From Cyanidioschyzon merolae (Eukaryota): 64,000 bases of DNA. The stretch lies in the NCBI GenBank assembly GCA_000091205.1, contig AP006500.2; one strand, given 5' to 3'. Under the pieces are notes generated by a model that worked only from the letters and a program-made list of their open reading frames with translations, ran no database searches and was not told where the DNA came from. The stretch's first letter is position 1, and each line of letters starts with the position of its first letter. Positions 47,591 to 60,374 of this stretch are shown in pieces. The position numbers and the translations under genes were made by a program.

Positions 47591-48329
47591 AACTCTTTTA
47601 GGTGGGAACATCACCGAACCTGCGGTGCGCGCATGCGAACAAGTCCCCCAGAGATCACGTCAACTTTATCTCGTCGTTTGCCTACAGGCGCGACTTGCTC
47701 TGCCCACGTGTTGTTTTCTGAAATAGACAGATCGAAACCTTGACGAGGACGTGACTAGGGCGTGCTAGACATAAGGAAATGAGAAAACTGGAGGCCTTCA
47801 ACCTTGAATTGGACAATGATAGTAGTCATTTTGAGAACACGACTTCGCGGGTGGCGCCAATCATCGTCATGAACGTTCCTTGACGAATGCCAGCGACAGA
47901 CTGCCGACGAAGCCATTCCCAGAAGCTGACCGAGAAACCCGAATCGACGAATGAATCCGCAAGCGCTCGTTGTGGCACTTTGAAAGTCGCTGCTTTGCGT
48001 GTAAAATGTCCAGAAAAAGATCGACAAACAGGAACAAGGCAAGTAGTTCAATGTTCCATATGAATCGGATGCAGCTGCAGCGATGGAAACATCATTCACC
48101 GTTTTCGAGCGCGACGTTCGCATAGCGCAACGACACGACTATTGGTTGGGTTCCACGTGCTCAGTCAGCCGCTATGGAGGCAGCGTATTGGATCGGAGTG
48201 TTCTCATCTGGAAGTCGAACTTGGTAGTGGCGGCTGACACACACCCAGTGCGAAAAAAAAAGTCGAGTTTTACCTTTCCTCGCGCCGAGCGTTAGCGCGG
48301 AACGAACTCCCAAGGCTCTAGGGACTCGG

Positions 48330-49412
48330 ATGCAGCCACTTTGCTTGGAACAGTGCTCGCTTTTCGGAAGTGCCGTAGCGAAAGTGAGCTGGGTGCGCAC
48401 TTTTCCGATAACGAATACCAGAGGAACGGGTTCATTTCACAGTCGAAACTTGGAAAAAATCTGTCGACTGGGGAACAACTGTTCGCGTGAACACAAAAGT
48501 GCCACCCGCTTTGCATTGCAGCTGTTGACGGACGCTCGAGAGCCCAGACCGTCTTGGCGGCCGAAACAAAGTTTAGGCCAAAACTTCCTCAAGGATCCTG
48601 CGGTTGCCGCCGCTATCGTGCAAGCTGTGCGAGCTTGTGAGCCCCTCGAACTGGTCGAAATTGGTGCCGGAACCGGTGTGCTTACAGAGCCGCTTCTGGA
48701 AGTATTCCCCGGGCTTGTGGCGCTCGAGCTTGACGCACGTGCGGTGGAGCACGTTCGAAAACGCCTTGAACAGAGCGAGCGCTTCCGTTCGGAGCATTTT
48801 CCCGAGCTGCGCACCCGTATCTACCATGCAGACTTTTTGCGCTCGGACTGGCTCAGGGAAACCGGCATGCTCACTAGGCCCGAGCCGCGGATCACGCTCG
48901 TGGGGAATCTTCCCTACTACATTGTATCGCCTATATTCTTTCACTGTATTGAGAGCATTCAACGATACCGGAACGCAATCTTCATGGTTCAGCACGAATT
49001 TGCAGAACGGTTGATGGCAAAGCCTCAGTGCAAGGACTACGGAGTCCTATCGGTGCTGGCTCAGCTCCACGCCGATATTCAAGTGCTTCTCCGAGTGCCG
49101 CGAAGCGCATTCTATCCCATGCCTAAGGTGAACTCTGTGGTACTGCGCCTGGATTTTCGAGACCCGTTGCAAAAGGACTGCATGTCTTGCGGCGTCTCAT
49201 CGGATGTGATCCGCCTGGCACTGCATCGGCTCGTTCGACGAGCATTCCAACAGCGGCGGAAAACTTTACGGAATACGCTTGGCGATCAAGTGCCGATGAG
49301 ATGGTCGCGAAGACGTCCTGAGGAGCTCCATCCAGCTGAATTCCTCGAATTAACGATGATTCTATCGCAGGATGCTGCGCTAGACACGGGAAAGCCGCCT
49401 GTGTCTGGCTAG
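48330..49412 (+). CDS. rRNA adenine N6-dimethyltransferase family (KsgA/Dim1/TFB-like). The N-terminal extension and divergence suggest an organellar (mitochondrial TFB1M-like or plastid PFC1-like) form.
   Basis: LGQNFLKDPAVAAAIVQAV...LVEIGAGTGVLTEPLL (SAM-binding motif I) and LVGNLPYYIVSPIFFHC (the NLPY catalytic motif) define the KsgA/Dim1 fold. A roughly 80-aa N-terminal extension is present. Length 360 aa. Confidence 0.8.
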   Translation: MQPLCLEQCSLFGSAVAKVSWVRTFPITNTRGTGSFHSRNLEKICRLGNNCSREHKSATRFALQLLTDAREPRPSWRPKQSLGQNFLKDPAVAAAIVQAVRACEPLELVEIGAGTGVLTEPLLEVFPGLVALELDARAVEHVRKRLEQSERFRSEHFPELRTRIYHADFLRSDWLRETGMLTRPEPRITLVGNLPYYIVSPIFFHCIESIQRYRNAIFMVQHEFAERLMAKPQCKDYGVLSVLAQLHADIQVLLRVPRSAFYPMPKVNSVVLRLDFRDPLQKDCMSCGVSSDVIRLALHRLVRRAFQQRRKTLRNTLGDQVPMRWSRRRPEELHPAEFLELTMILSQDAALDTGKPPVSG

Positions 49413-52400
49413 CCCCAGCAAATGGAGCTGGAGCCGAGAAAACAACTGGGCACGATCGACAGCTCGACGCCTGTCGTCGTCTATAAGCAGTGATGTAGTG
49501 CGCAGCGCAGGATGAGCACTGAACCTTCCGATCTCAGCGTACACCATGAATTACATCCAGGCAGACATTCGAGGATCCTGTGCACATGAGGTTTGGATGA
49601 GACCGCATGGTCACCTTACGTGCGGGTCGCGGCACCGATTTGCTTCATGTAAAGCGTACACCAGGAAGAGACGAGCGCTGCACCCAGGAATTCGTCGATG
49701 CAGCGCGAGGAGGAGTCATGTGTACTCGGTTCCCGGATGTGCGCTGTCAACGTCGACATTGCCGAACCTGGTCAACGGTACCAAAAGCGCGATGAACGAG
49801 TGCCCAAGAGACCGAGTTCGTCGTTCCTTTCTGGTTAGACTGGGTACACGGTGCGCATGTTTCGTGCACAGACCGCGTAAAACGCTCGGGATCGCAACAC
49901 CATCTATAGTAACCTCTGATTTCGAGTTTGGGTATTCCAGGTAGTATCGAATGATAGAAGCCCATGACCGTCAAGGAATTGCCCAGGAAAACCGCCTCCG
50001 TGCGTATATACCGGACGAAAGCCTCGCCGGGTTGCTCAACCCGACCATACTAGTTCCTTGCTCGAGGCGGAAATCCAATCGTCTATGTCTTGGCTAATCG
50101 TTTGCTTTCATCAAAAGTGTTCAGCGTTTCAGCAAAGAATTCGCTCATAATACGAACCGAATACCTCGAAAAGACGCCCAACACAAACCCGCTGGACGCT
50201 CCAAAAGTACGAGATATTGAAGGATGGTGGTAATGGCATTCGAGTCTCGGTGCATAACGCACTTGCACGCATCCTTGCTGTTGAAATCACATCATAGCCA
50301 GCCTCTCACCTGGGAAGACCTCACCAGCTGAAGTTTCGTCAGCTTACCGTACACCATTTCGTCCACCAGGCTCCGTTTCGCACGATTCCTCCAGACCAAT
50401 TTCACCGTGTACTCGTGCTCACTATATGTGTATGTCGTCCTAAACGCATCGATGGGAATCGGGCTGATTCGATTCCTGCACGCGTTGAACGCCCTGGTCG
50501 AGGGCGTACGAGTGCAGCGTTCGCGCGCAACGGCACGTCCAGCGCCGCAGGAGAGCATCACCAAAGGACGCTGCTTGCCAGTGATGTACGTTTCCAAATC
50601 AATGAAAAAGTTGGTGGATGCAGGTTCTTGCGTCCATGCATCCGCATCTATTGGCGACACCCGGGCAAGTTCTCTCATTCTTCAACTGAAGATCGTCCGA
50701 ATGAGCATTCTGGATGCTCATGCACTTGCCGAATGAGACGTACAAGACATCCTCTGCTGCTCGATAGGATGCTCAGAGCGTCGAAATGGGCCTGGCGCTG
50801 TCACTCCAGGTGTTGGTATGCCTCCTGACGTCAAGCGCGCAGGACTCTCGACACGACCGGGCCCCGGCATCGTTGAGCGGCTTCATCTGCCTTCCGTTCA
50901 GGCCGCTGGCGCTGTTCTCGTGATGCAGAGCAGAGCGATGGCCATAACGCCGTTCAGGCCAGGATCCATGCTCATGAACAAGTCCTGCTCCTGGGCTATC
51001 TTGAGTGCTTGAAAATGGGTCACGTGGTGCTGCTCAGGCAGAGGTTTCACGAAGTTCATGCAAATGGATATACCATCAGACTCTATCATGCCAGTAAACG
51101 TCTTTCCATTTCCACCCTGTAAGCGATAAAGGTCGGACGAGCTCCACCCCAATGGTCTTCGTGAAATTTCTCGAATGGTTCGCGCTTGCTCGCTGGGAAC
51201 AGCTCTCTTCGCCTGCTCCTCTAGTTTGCTCGGTGGCATGGGAGTGGTAGCTGTGCTCCATTTCGGTTTTTTTTCGCGGGATTCAGACGCCCTGCATGGA
51301 CGAAGTTACTAAAGCTCGTCTTCTCTTTTTATGTGTCTACGATTCCTGAACTACATTTTCTTCGACGTCTTCGTCACAAGTATGCCCACGAATCGAAGCA
51401 CACTTTTTGGCATTCTCCCGTGCTCGAGCAGAGACGAAGACAGCAGGTCTGGGCTGCTGGAACTAGAGAACAATTGCTTTCCGAAGAAAGGTGTCACGGA
51501 TGTAAACGACTCGTCTATTGATCGCAGGCATTTGCATGGCATCGGACAACGGACAAAACGCCATCCGCTGGACTGAAACACGAATAGCCCCCTAGTACGA
51601 AGAACAGGTCGATGCTAATTACAGCTGCGTGCTCCGCGACCGCTTGTGCTTCATGGAATTCGACGTCGTGTAAGAGCAGAACACAGGACTGTGCGAGCGA
51701 AAGCCCGCGAAATGCATCGACAAAGCATGAGGTGTTGGCGGCTCCTGTCCGCTTTGCGATTCGTAGGCGTCCACTCGATAGTATCGTCGCTCGGGGATGT
51801 TGTTGTTGGTATTCTCGCTCGCCTGTTCTTTACGAACACCAATTTACCCGTATTGGAGTACGCATGTACAGATCTACTATTTCCACCGAATTCGTGCTCA
51901 TCGAGTCAGACAAACACCTCTCCCTTCTGTACCCAGCGTTCGCATTTCAATCCAAAATCGATCGCGTGTTCTTCGACGTGCAAAGCGCTCCCATGCAATC
52001 GCGCTGCACGCTTTACCCATCTGTGTGTGTTCATTACCGTACGTGCCGATGGTACGAACACTTCACGTCCTGTGCTCTGTTTTGTACTATTTCATAGAGA
52101 ACTTTTTGAGTTGAAGGTATGAGAGAGGAGGCCTTCGTGTCGATAGAATTTGATTCGTTCGGTTCCCGGTGCACGACGTTCGTGTCAAGGACGACGACAA
52201 GTCTAGTTCAGGCATCTGCTTACCCTTGTCTGACTCATTTGCAATCGAAAGGTTGGGTTTCGCAAGCTAAGCGTGACAACATAAATTCTGTTTTTGGCCT
52301 TTATCGAATCTACAGGACACAATCCATTTGTTGATTACGTAAGACAAAAAAGCAAGCAATAACGAAAAAGGCATGCTGGTTACGTTATCAACGTATCCAC

Positions 52401-53294
52401 TGCTAGTTTGGGTATAGGGAATCCACGCAGCGAGGCATTCTAGAAGCGCCTGGGGAAACGCGCGCGTCTCCGCACTCGGATACTGCGTCACCAACGTCCG
52501 TGCGCACGCTTCCATACACGAAGGGATACTGCTGTGCAACTGATACGCAGTCCTTCTCTGGAAGCGTGGATGGCGCGTCCGTCAGAATTCCACCATACAT
52601 AACGCGAGATACGCAACACACAGGTGACACCAGGGCGCATCCTGGTCACGGATGCGTTGTGCGCGGGAGCATGCGCAGCGTAGCTAGTACAGCGATCATG
52701 CAGCATGTGATGGGAGCATTTCTGGTTGCCAACCGCTGACATACATCCGGTGTAATTTGGTTAGATGTATCCCTCTGATACCATATCAAGAAATGCGTCG
52801 CGTACCCGAACATGCCTAGCGCTGCTTGTCAAGCCAGCACGCATCATATCAAGTTCGCAGCAGCCCGCGAGCGAGCACCGATGAACACCAAGGTGTATCG
52901 CGGCGCTCGTATGCCGCGCCTCGCGTCCCTGCGGTGGACGCCTCAGAGATGAGTGTCTCTGCAGGTCAGGATCCTGTCCAGGTGAGGCGCGCACTGCCGG
53001 AAAGTCTCGTGGCAGGCATTTGGGCAATTGGACAGGAGCCTCGGTGCTCTGTGGTCATGCGTGAGACCCGGTTTACCCGCTCTGTGTCTGCTTAGGGTGC
53101 TAGATGCGTCATCAGTAGGTTCCGTGCCACGATGTAGCACTGGGAAGACGCGATGGAGATGCGTACCCTCCAAAGACCACAATGTCAAGGTGTTTCTCAC
53201 ATCCACCCGGGAACCATGCGCAGCCACATCCGCCAGCTTTTCTACCCTTGTAAGGCTTATTGAGCGTGCCGCTACAGCGACGACGTTTCCTTTG

Positions 53295-54410
53295 ATGGCG
53301 GCGACTAGCCCTGAAAATAACAGGTTTGACAGTGGTACTACGACTGAGGAAAGCTCGGAACTGGAAGAGCGCTTTTTGCCGTTCGAGCGCGAGGCACCGC
53401 GCGGTGGTTGGGAGTGCCCGCTCCAGTGGCTCCTGGCACCACTCGTTGTACCGCTGAGAGTTGTACTTTGCTTCGTGATCTTAGTATTCTTTTACCTTGT
53501 TTGTGTGAGTTTTGGGCCGCGTGTTGACAAGAAAGCAGCGGAAGTCGGCTTTGTGTGGAACTTACCGCGCTGGCGAGCTCACCTGCTGCGCGGGCTCACC
53601 AAACGCTGTGCCCGCGTCGTGCTCTTTATTCTGGGTTTCTATCGCATTCGCCGCCAGCATCTCGCTGGCTATGATCACAGGATTCGTTCAAAAGTTCTCA
53701 TTGTTAGCAACCACGTATCATTGTTCGATATTTTATTCTTCATGGCTGATGACGGCCGTTCGTTCGTGAGCAAGCATACGCTGTTGCAGGTACCACTCAT
53801 AGGACGCATCGCCGCCACCATCGGATGCATCTTCGTGAACCGCACGCTCCACAGTGGCGGGCAGGCCACGAACCTCGTTGTGCAGCGGCAGCGGCAAATG
53901 TGGGCGTCCGACAGCTCAGCACCGCCCCGTGGGCATCGATCCTCGACGGACGCGTCCTCGCTATGTTCATCGCCGCCATTGGTGCTGTTTCCTGAAGGCA
54001 CAACCACTAATGGAAAGTATCTTTTAACGTTCAAGACAGGCGCGTTCGTCGCCGGACTCCCGGTGCAGCCCGTGATCTTAACGTATGAGCAACGCTGTTT
54101 TTCGCTGGCCTACGAGACAATCCGCGGATGGAAATACTTCCTGGGTGTGTTCCGTCAATTCTATAACCGGCTCAGCGTCATTTACATGCCAACTTATATT
54201 CCAAATGAGGAGGAGAAAGGCAACCCGCGTCTTTTTGCGCAGAACGTGCATCTACACATGCTCAAGGAAATGCAGTCGCGATACGGCACGCAGCTCAGCA
54301 ATAGCTCGTATCTCGACAAGGTTGCCTACCACAGAAAACTTCGCCAGCAATGGGGCGAATACGTCCCAGTGCCTTCGTCAAGCGCGCGGTCGCATTCGCA
54401 TCATGAGTGA
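53295..54410 (+). CDS. Lysophospholipid acyltransferase (PlsC/AGPAT-LPCAT/LPEAT-like), membrane-bound. Start chosen at MAATSPENN; the ORF is open to 53028.
   Basis: Transmembrane segment LAPLVVPLRVVLCFVILVFFYLVCV. VSNHVSLFDILFF is the HxxxxD acyltransferase motif I. GRIAATIGCIFVNR and PLVLFPEGTTTNGKYLLTFKTGAF (FPEGT motif III) and VQPVILTYE (motif IV) follow. Confidence 0.8.
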   Translation: MAATSPENNRFDSGTTTEESSELEERFLPFEREAPRGGWECPLQWLLAPLVVPLRVVLCFVILVFFYLVCVSFGPRVDKKAAEVGFVWNLPRWRAHLLRGLTKRCARVVLFILGFYRIRRQHLAGYDHRIRSKVLIVSNHVSLFDILFFMADDGRSFVSKHTLLQVPLIGRIAATIGCIFVNRTLHSGGQATNLVVQRQRQMWASDSSAPPRGHRSSTDASSLCSSPPLVLFPEGTTTNGKYLLTFKTGAFVAGLPVQPVILTYEQRCFSLAYETIRGWKYFLGVFRQFYNRLSVIYMPTYIPNEEEKGNPRLFAQNVHLHMLKEMQSRYGTQLSNSSYLDKVAYHRKLRQQWGEYVPVPSSSARSHSHHE

Positions 54411-54909
54411 TCCGGGTTAGATGATTCAGACGGAGATAATGCGTGCAACTTGGCAGCGTAGCGCAAGCTGGTTCCTGAGGGCGCATTTCCTTTTAGGAGC
54501 TATGGGCGCGGAAATGCAGCGCACTGGTACGTATGCACGTGCACTGCCCATGATAAACCAGATGCTTCACAGAGAATTTGCATGTATGAGTGTTGTTCTC
54601 GCCGCAACTGTGCATGCTCAGGTGCGACAGGCAACCTTCTCCTGGGAGCCAGCCCCGCGCACTTACCTGGACGCTCCGAGGGGATACGCCTCGAAACAAG
54701 TGCGCATGTAGATTCCGAATACTCCAAGCCCGCAGTATCTCTCGCTTCCCGTACTTGTGGATACGCGTGTAAGACGCTGATCCATACCACGCCGCGACGA
54801 CATGCTCGTATCTGTCATTCGCGAAAAATTGGACACATATCGTAAGCACGTTTTCATCCATGGCGTGCCCGCAAACTCGACATGGATCCGAATACAAAAG
54901 CACGCCCAG

Positions 54910-55860
54910 TCAGCACATGCCGAGCTGCTGCAACTCAACGGCCAAAATCACATCATCTCGCATCATCGACAGGCCGCTGTTCCGCACGCGCCCGTGATCC
55001 ACTTCGTTCCGAATCGCGTAGATGACCCGGCCTATGATATGATCGCTTGTTACCGGTCCAAAGTCTCGACTATCACGACGAAGAATGCGCAGGAGATTAA
55101 TTTGCTGGGCCAGTGGAAGCCGCTCCGCTGGTAAGGCCGCTCCACTGCCTACGTTTGGAGCATCCGCTTTCTGCGCGTTTGCCTGCGGGTCGGCAGAGGC
55201 GGTTTCCGCTTCGAGCGCCCGCTCTCGCAGCAGCTGAATATCCTCCTCGATGGGGTTATCATTGTCTCGCAGAACCCAGTACTGACCACGTTCGAGCCGC
55301 AACAACGCCTGGCTCGTTTCTTCTTCATCACGTACGAGCTCGTCACCCTCAAGTGCAACCACTCGTCGGACGAAACGACGCGAACCGTCTTCGGGGTCCT
55401 TGACGACCACGATATCGCCCCGGTACGCAAGAGGTCTCCGGTAGAAGGTAACCTCGCCTCGGACTGTGTCCATGCTGCCGGTCCAGCGCGATAGCCGTCG
55501 AATGACGAGACGTTCGCCCGGACGGAACGGGGACGTGACGTGGGCGTTCAGCGTGGGTGCCATGGAGTTCCCAGTCAACGTGGCCACAAACGACGCTGGC
55601 TTCGACATTTCGTCAAGTACGGTTTCAACAAACACTTTGCGCTGTGCAGGTGCACCTCGCCAAACTTGGAATAGCGCACGAAAGAGGGAGGTTGTTCCTG
55701 CTGTCTCCGTCGAAATCTGGACGCTGGCCAGGGAAACCTCCAACGCATCCCGGAACCGAAGACTCCAGTATAACGCACGACGCAGCAGTGTCGCCATGAT
55801 CAACGTGCCAGCTCTCAACTTTACAAAACTCTGGTGCCGACAAGGTAGCGCGCCTCTCAC
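54910..55860 (-). CDS. Signal peptidase I (S26 family), mitochondrial inner membrane protease IMP1/IMP2-like, with insertions. Alternative start at 55797 (MATLLRR...).
   Basis: GNSMAPTL is the catalytic Ser box (GDSMxPT). GDIVVVKDPEDG...VRRVVALEGDELV covers boxes C/D and the Lys region. GQYWVLRDNDNP...DSRDFGPVTSDHIIGRVIYAIRN is box E (GDNxxxSxDSRxxGxV). The N-terminus is mito-presequence-like. Confidence 0.75.
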   Translation of the reverse strand: MRGALPCRHQSFVKLRAGTLIMATLLRRALYWSLRFRDALEVSLASVQISTETAGTTSLFRALFQVWRGAPAQRKVFVETVLDEMSKPASFVATLTGNSMAPTLNAHVTSPFRPGERLVIRRLSRWTGSMDTVRGEVTFYRRPLAYRGDIVVVKDPEDGSRRFVRRVVALEGDELVRDEEETSQALLRLERGQYWVLRDNDNPIEEDIQLLRERALEAETASADPQANAQKADAPNVGSGAALPAERLPLAQQINLLRILRRDSRDFGPVTSDHIIGRVIYAIRNEVDHGRVRNSGLSMMRDDVILAVELQQLGMC

Positions 55861-56074
55861 GCGGTTCCCGGTTCCAGCAAGAGGTTAGTGTGCGCGCCTC
55901 CCTGACGCCCACACAGAAGTGTACACTTTTGCTGCCGTACACGAGCACTGCTGCTGCTCAAGCGCCAACTCTAGCGCTTCCTTCAATAGCAGTGCAGCGT
56001 CTGGTTTCCTGTGTATACGAAAAGACGCTCCTCGCGTCTCTTGACTGTGTCAGGGGCACTTGCGTGTGCGCGCA

Positions 56075-56360
56075 CGCATGCACAGCATCATCAGCGCAGC
56101 GCAGCAGGCAATCGATTTCCTTCCCCATAAGGGGTGAAGCTGATAATGAAGCTGATGATGATCGCGATGACGCTGAGGCATCGCGCCGGGCTGGAAACCG
56201 TGGGCGGATGGATGTCACGCATGCACAGCATCATTAGCGCAGCGCAGCAGGCAATTGATTTCCTTCTCCATAAGGGGTGAAGCTGATGATGAAGCTGATG
56301 ATGATCGCGATGACGCGGAGGCATCGCGCCGGGCTGGAAACCGTGGGCGGATGGATGGAC
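56075..56360. repeat. Direct duplication, about 143-bp unit x2, followed by a (GGAT)n-like tract.
   Basis: cgcatgcacagcatcat[ct]agcgcagcgcagcaggcaat[ct]gatttcctt[c]cccataaggggtgaagctgat[ag]atgaagctgatgatgatcgcgatgacgc[tg]gaggcatcgcgccgggctggaaaccgtgggcggatggatg occurs at 56075 and 56218. Then ggatggacggatggatggatgg. Confidence 0.9.
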
Positions 56361-59300
56361 GGATGGATGGATGGGCGGCGCTGGTCCATTGCCGTGCCTA
56401 GATTTTGACGAGGCGCGCGCTGCGTGACGCTGCGAGGCACGGCCGACGTCGCGGGTTATATGACCGGCAAGCTGGAAGCACGCTGTGACTAGCGTAAACC
56501 CTGTTTTAGACGGAAACCTGTCTGTTGGACGCAAGACCGAGACAGGGTAAACACTAGCGCAGCCTGGGGGGTAGTAGCTTGCACGGCAACTGGCGGTGAC
56601 AGTTCCGCGAGTCAATCTGTTTTTTCTGAGGTAACCAGCTAGAGTTGGCATTGACGAATGGTGCGGAACTCACGAGTCACTGATTACAGCGGTTTCGTCA
56701 CAGCGTGCAGTGCGAGGCAAGCACTCGTCGGCTGGCATAGTCCCGTGAGACTGCACCTGGGCCGGCGTTTCCGGCTGCTGAAAAGTCGCTGGACGCGGTG
56801 TTTCTGCGGGCACCTGCGCTGCCGGGCGCTCAACACGCTGTCGTGCACACATAGGCGGCTGGCGGGTTCCGCAACCTGCGGACCGTTCGCAAAACGACCC
56901 GGAACTGTGCTGACTGCAGCGTGGTTGGCGGCTGTACCCTCAACGTCACGGGCAATTGAGTCAGGTTCGGCTACCACGGAATCAGTGAAGAGCGCCGCCG
57001 AGGAGATCGGAAACACAGCAGCGCAAGCCGCTACAACAAATAATGTGGACTGGAGCTCGCAGCTCACGAACTGGTTGGCTGCGATTGATGCAGTGCTGCT
57101 GGTGAGCGCCACAATTCTGACTATCATTGTGACAGTTCGCGACTGGCGCAGGCGAAGTGCTAAGAAAGAACAAGAGTCGAAATCAAAGGATTCAGGTGCA
57201 AGTAAAAATGCTCGCGAAGGAGATCGTTTGAAAGCAGCAGCGAACGCACCGCCCGGAAAACTCAACCGGTACCAACGACGCGAGTTACGGAAAAGACGGA
57301 ATCAAGACGACTCGTCGCTTTGATGACAAAGACCGGGAGCGCGTGAACGCAACCACAAAGTATTCGTAGATTTTCGCTCTGTTCTCATTGTAGTTTCGCG
57401 AAGCGCCCCGGGAGGAAACTGCAAAGCGCGCATCGAGGCTGCTGTTGCAAGAGTCGAGTGCCGCGGCGAGTCTCGAAGCGCTGCGTAAGCCGTCCGGAAT
57501 CGATACGCGCGCTCGGCACCCGTCGACACTAGCGACGATCCTTGAACCTACCTCTGCAGCGCTTATCACCACATGGTAGGATGAGAAGCTCCGGCATCGT
57601 GCATCACCGCCGCAATGCCTGCCGCGAAGGGCTCCAAGGAGCACACTACGGCCGGAACGCTGTGTGGCATTGTGCAGAGGCATTTCCACGTAACCTTCAT
57701 GGAAGGGAGCGCTTTGACGAGACTGGAAAAGCAAGGAGAGCACTACAGGAACCTCGCGCAATGCACGGTGTCCAAGAGACACGTCACTCGCGCGTTCTTC
57801 GTAAACGAATGTAGGCGCCTCGTCCTGCTTGCGGATACCGCTCGTGTCTCTCGTCATCTGTCGTTCCGGCGGTCTGCTGAGCGAACGAGATAGCTCGTAG
57901 CGACACCAACGCCTGTACGTCAACATGCAGAGAGACGCGCATTCCATGCACGTGTACTGTATTCGAAATACAGGACGTGTGCCATTGCGCTGGTCGAGTG
58001 GCGTCGCGAATCATCGCTCGGAAGCGCCCGTTATTGGTTGGAGGCCCCAGGAACGGCACCAGTTCCTGTCCCGTTGCAACTTCGAAACAGTGACCGGTTC
58101 GAAGGTCATATTGCGGAAACAGGTTCTCGTGTATCAGCGATAAACAGAGTGAGCCTGCCAGCCTCGCATTCCCATACTTGCATAAGTGCGGAACGCGTCT
58201 CACCGGGGACGGCAGTGCTGGTTGTAGCGGTAGTGTCCGGTTGACGTTTTGCGACTGCTTGGCGTGCTTCGCTGGCCACTATCGCAGATCATGCGCAACC
58301 TAGATGGTGCTTGCTTCTCCCGGACACATGATTGGCTCGGATGATTCCTAGCGAACGTTGGTTCACGCGATACAGATCTTTTACGAATGGCCCGTCAGCG
58401 GGATGGTCCGGATTGTTTTCTCGTCTACGTTATCAACCAGGAAAACGATGTAGCCATTCCTCAAACCCGCGCTCTGAAACCAGTCGGGGAAACGCGCTGC
58501 TCCAAAAGTCAACGAAACGGCGTTAGAGTCAAGGTCGGACGTCTATGGCGCCAGTGCACTAGTGGTAGCCCAGATGAATCCGGACGCTCAGCTCAGGCAC
58601 TGACACCTGGAGGGTAGGCTTCGTTGACGAAGCACGCAACACGGCCACAAGAGTGCACTTACACCAAGCGCTTCCAAGCATGCGTGAAACCTGCTGCAAG
58701 GTACTTAAACTGCTCCAGCAGCGCTGTTGCACGGTGCAACTGCATTCGCGCAGTGCAATCACTGGACGATGCGTCACGGCAAATAATTGCACCGGAAACT
58801 TGGGGAATATCTGACTCGGACTTGGTCTATATTTCGGTTTCACGGCAACGCCAGTGCTGAATCCTTTTGCGACACTGCACTGACGACGGAGCGGTACGCG
58901 ACATCGTCCCTGGATGACGTGTTGACAGCCATACGCTGAACGATCCGTGAGCTTCTCACGTTCAATCACCGGATTCATTCGAAACACGAATTCCGCTCGC
59001 TTCCTGAGCACCCGCAAAGCCGCATTCGTTCCCAGAATGATTCCTGTCACGGGGGATACGCCCAGATGCTGCCGTCGATTCTCCTTTCGCGGAAACGGAT
59101 GCCAGACGCTGACTCCAGTTCTCGCAGCGATGGCGTAGCGTGCGGGACGTATCACCGACTCGTACGAGGGCAGCGTCGACAGATCCACGATATTCGACTT
59201 GTTCCTCAGCCCGAAAACTCATTCCGGTGCTTGTTTCATCATGCGGAACATCGCACTCCACAGATCCCCCATCGAATGGAGCAGCGTGCGCTTTCTTAGA

Positions 59301-60374
59301 TATAGCGGATAGCGCTCTCGCTGATATGATCACCCTGAACCAGCTCGTGATCGTCTGTACGCCACTTATCGCGGAAACGGAGGAGGGCATCGAGCGAAGC
59401 CTTCTGTGCCCGACAAGCGCATGTTACGAGCGATGAGGCAAGCGTCCGCGCTGACCAGGACAGCACTCGGCGAGGCAGTTGCCGCTGACATATGGGAGCA
59501 CCTGACCACAGTCCCGTGTCACCGCTGCATAAGGCGCATCGACGCCATGTACGAATTCGATGAAAACGGCATCCAAAAGGGAGATCGCAACTTTCATGGT
59601 TGCATGAATTGCAGCGATAGCAGCAGGAGGATGGAGCGCCGAAATCGGGATGTGCGCTATCGCCATACCACCACCAATATCGTTCGATTGCGAACAACAA
59701 GGGTAGAGGGAAACCGGAGTCCGGCGCATTCGTATCCCCAACTAGTAGAGAGGAAAAGGAAGCAGTCATAGACAAAAAGTACCCGCAAATGTTCCTGTCG
59801 ATGATCATAAGAAGATACCCAAACGATTCCGTGTGCACGCATTCGTTCTGCACGACCGATCCCAGTGAATCCGAATGTCACGGCCCGCCAGCGTGCATGA
59901 TGCGTTGGCAGGCGCGATCACCTGCACTGTACGCTCGCGCATGTGTGGCTGTACCCGGTGCGCGCCATCCAATGCGCCATGCGCGTGCGCGCCACCTGCA
60001 TGGACACGCTGTCCAGCACGCATGCCCAGCGATATTCGGGAGGCGCGCGAAGCGGCACATCGTGATCCGCGCGAATCGCTGTTGATCGCGGCAGGCCGCG
60101 AAGCCGCTGCCCCCAACGGGTCTCCGCATATCCAGCTGTCCACGATGATCAGCGGCGGCTGCGGCGGCTGCGGCGGCGATCGTTTCCGATGCGATGCACA
60201 GCGCGGGATATGCGTCGCACCAGCGCCCTCGGCACGCTCGCCTCGAACGCGCAGCGTGTACGTTGGCAACGGTATTGGTGCAGCTGTGGTTGCTTTGCTC
60301 TCCGGGTACGTACTCTTTGTGATACTGGGTACGCCATCTGGCCATATTCAGACAACTGTACGTCCCGTTGGTCT

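Noticed and set aside
50898-51239. Tried to assign the 113-aa minus-strand ORF to profilin, roadblock/LC7, longin or AP-sigma folds.
   Set aside because: No convincing motif-level match to any of them. It is left as an unassigned candidate in the findings rather than called as a feature.
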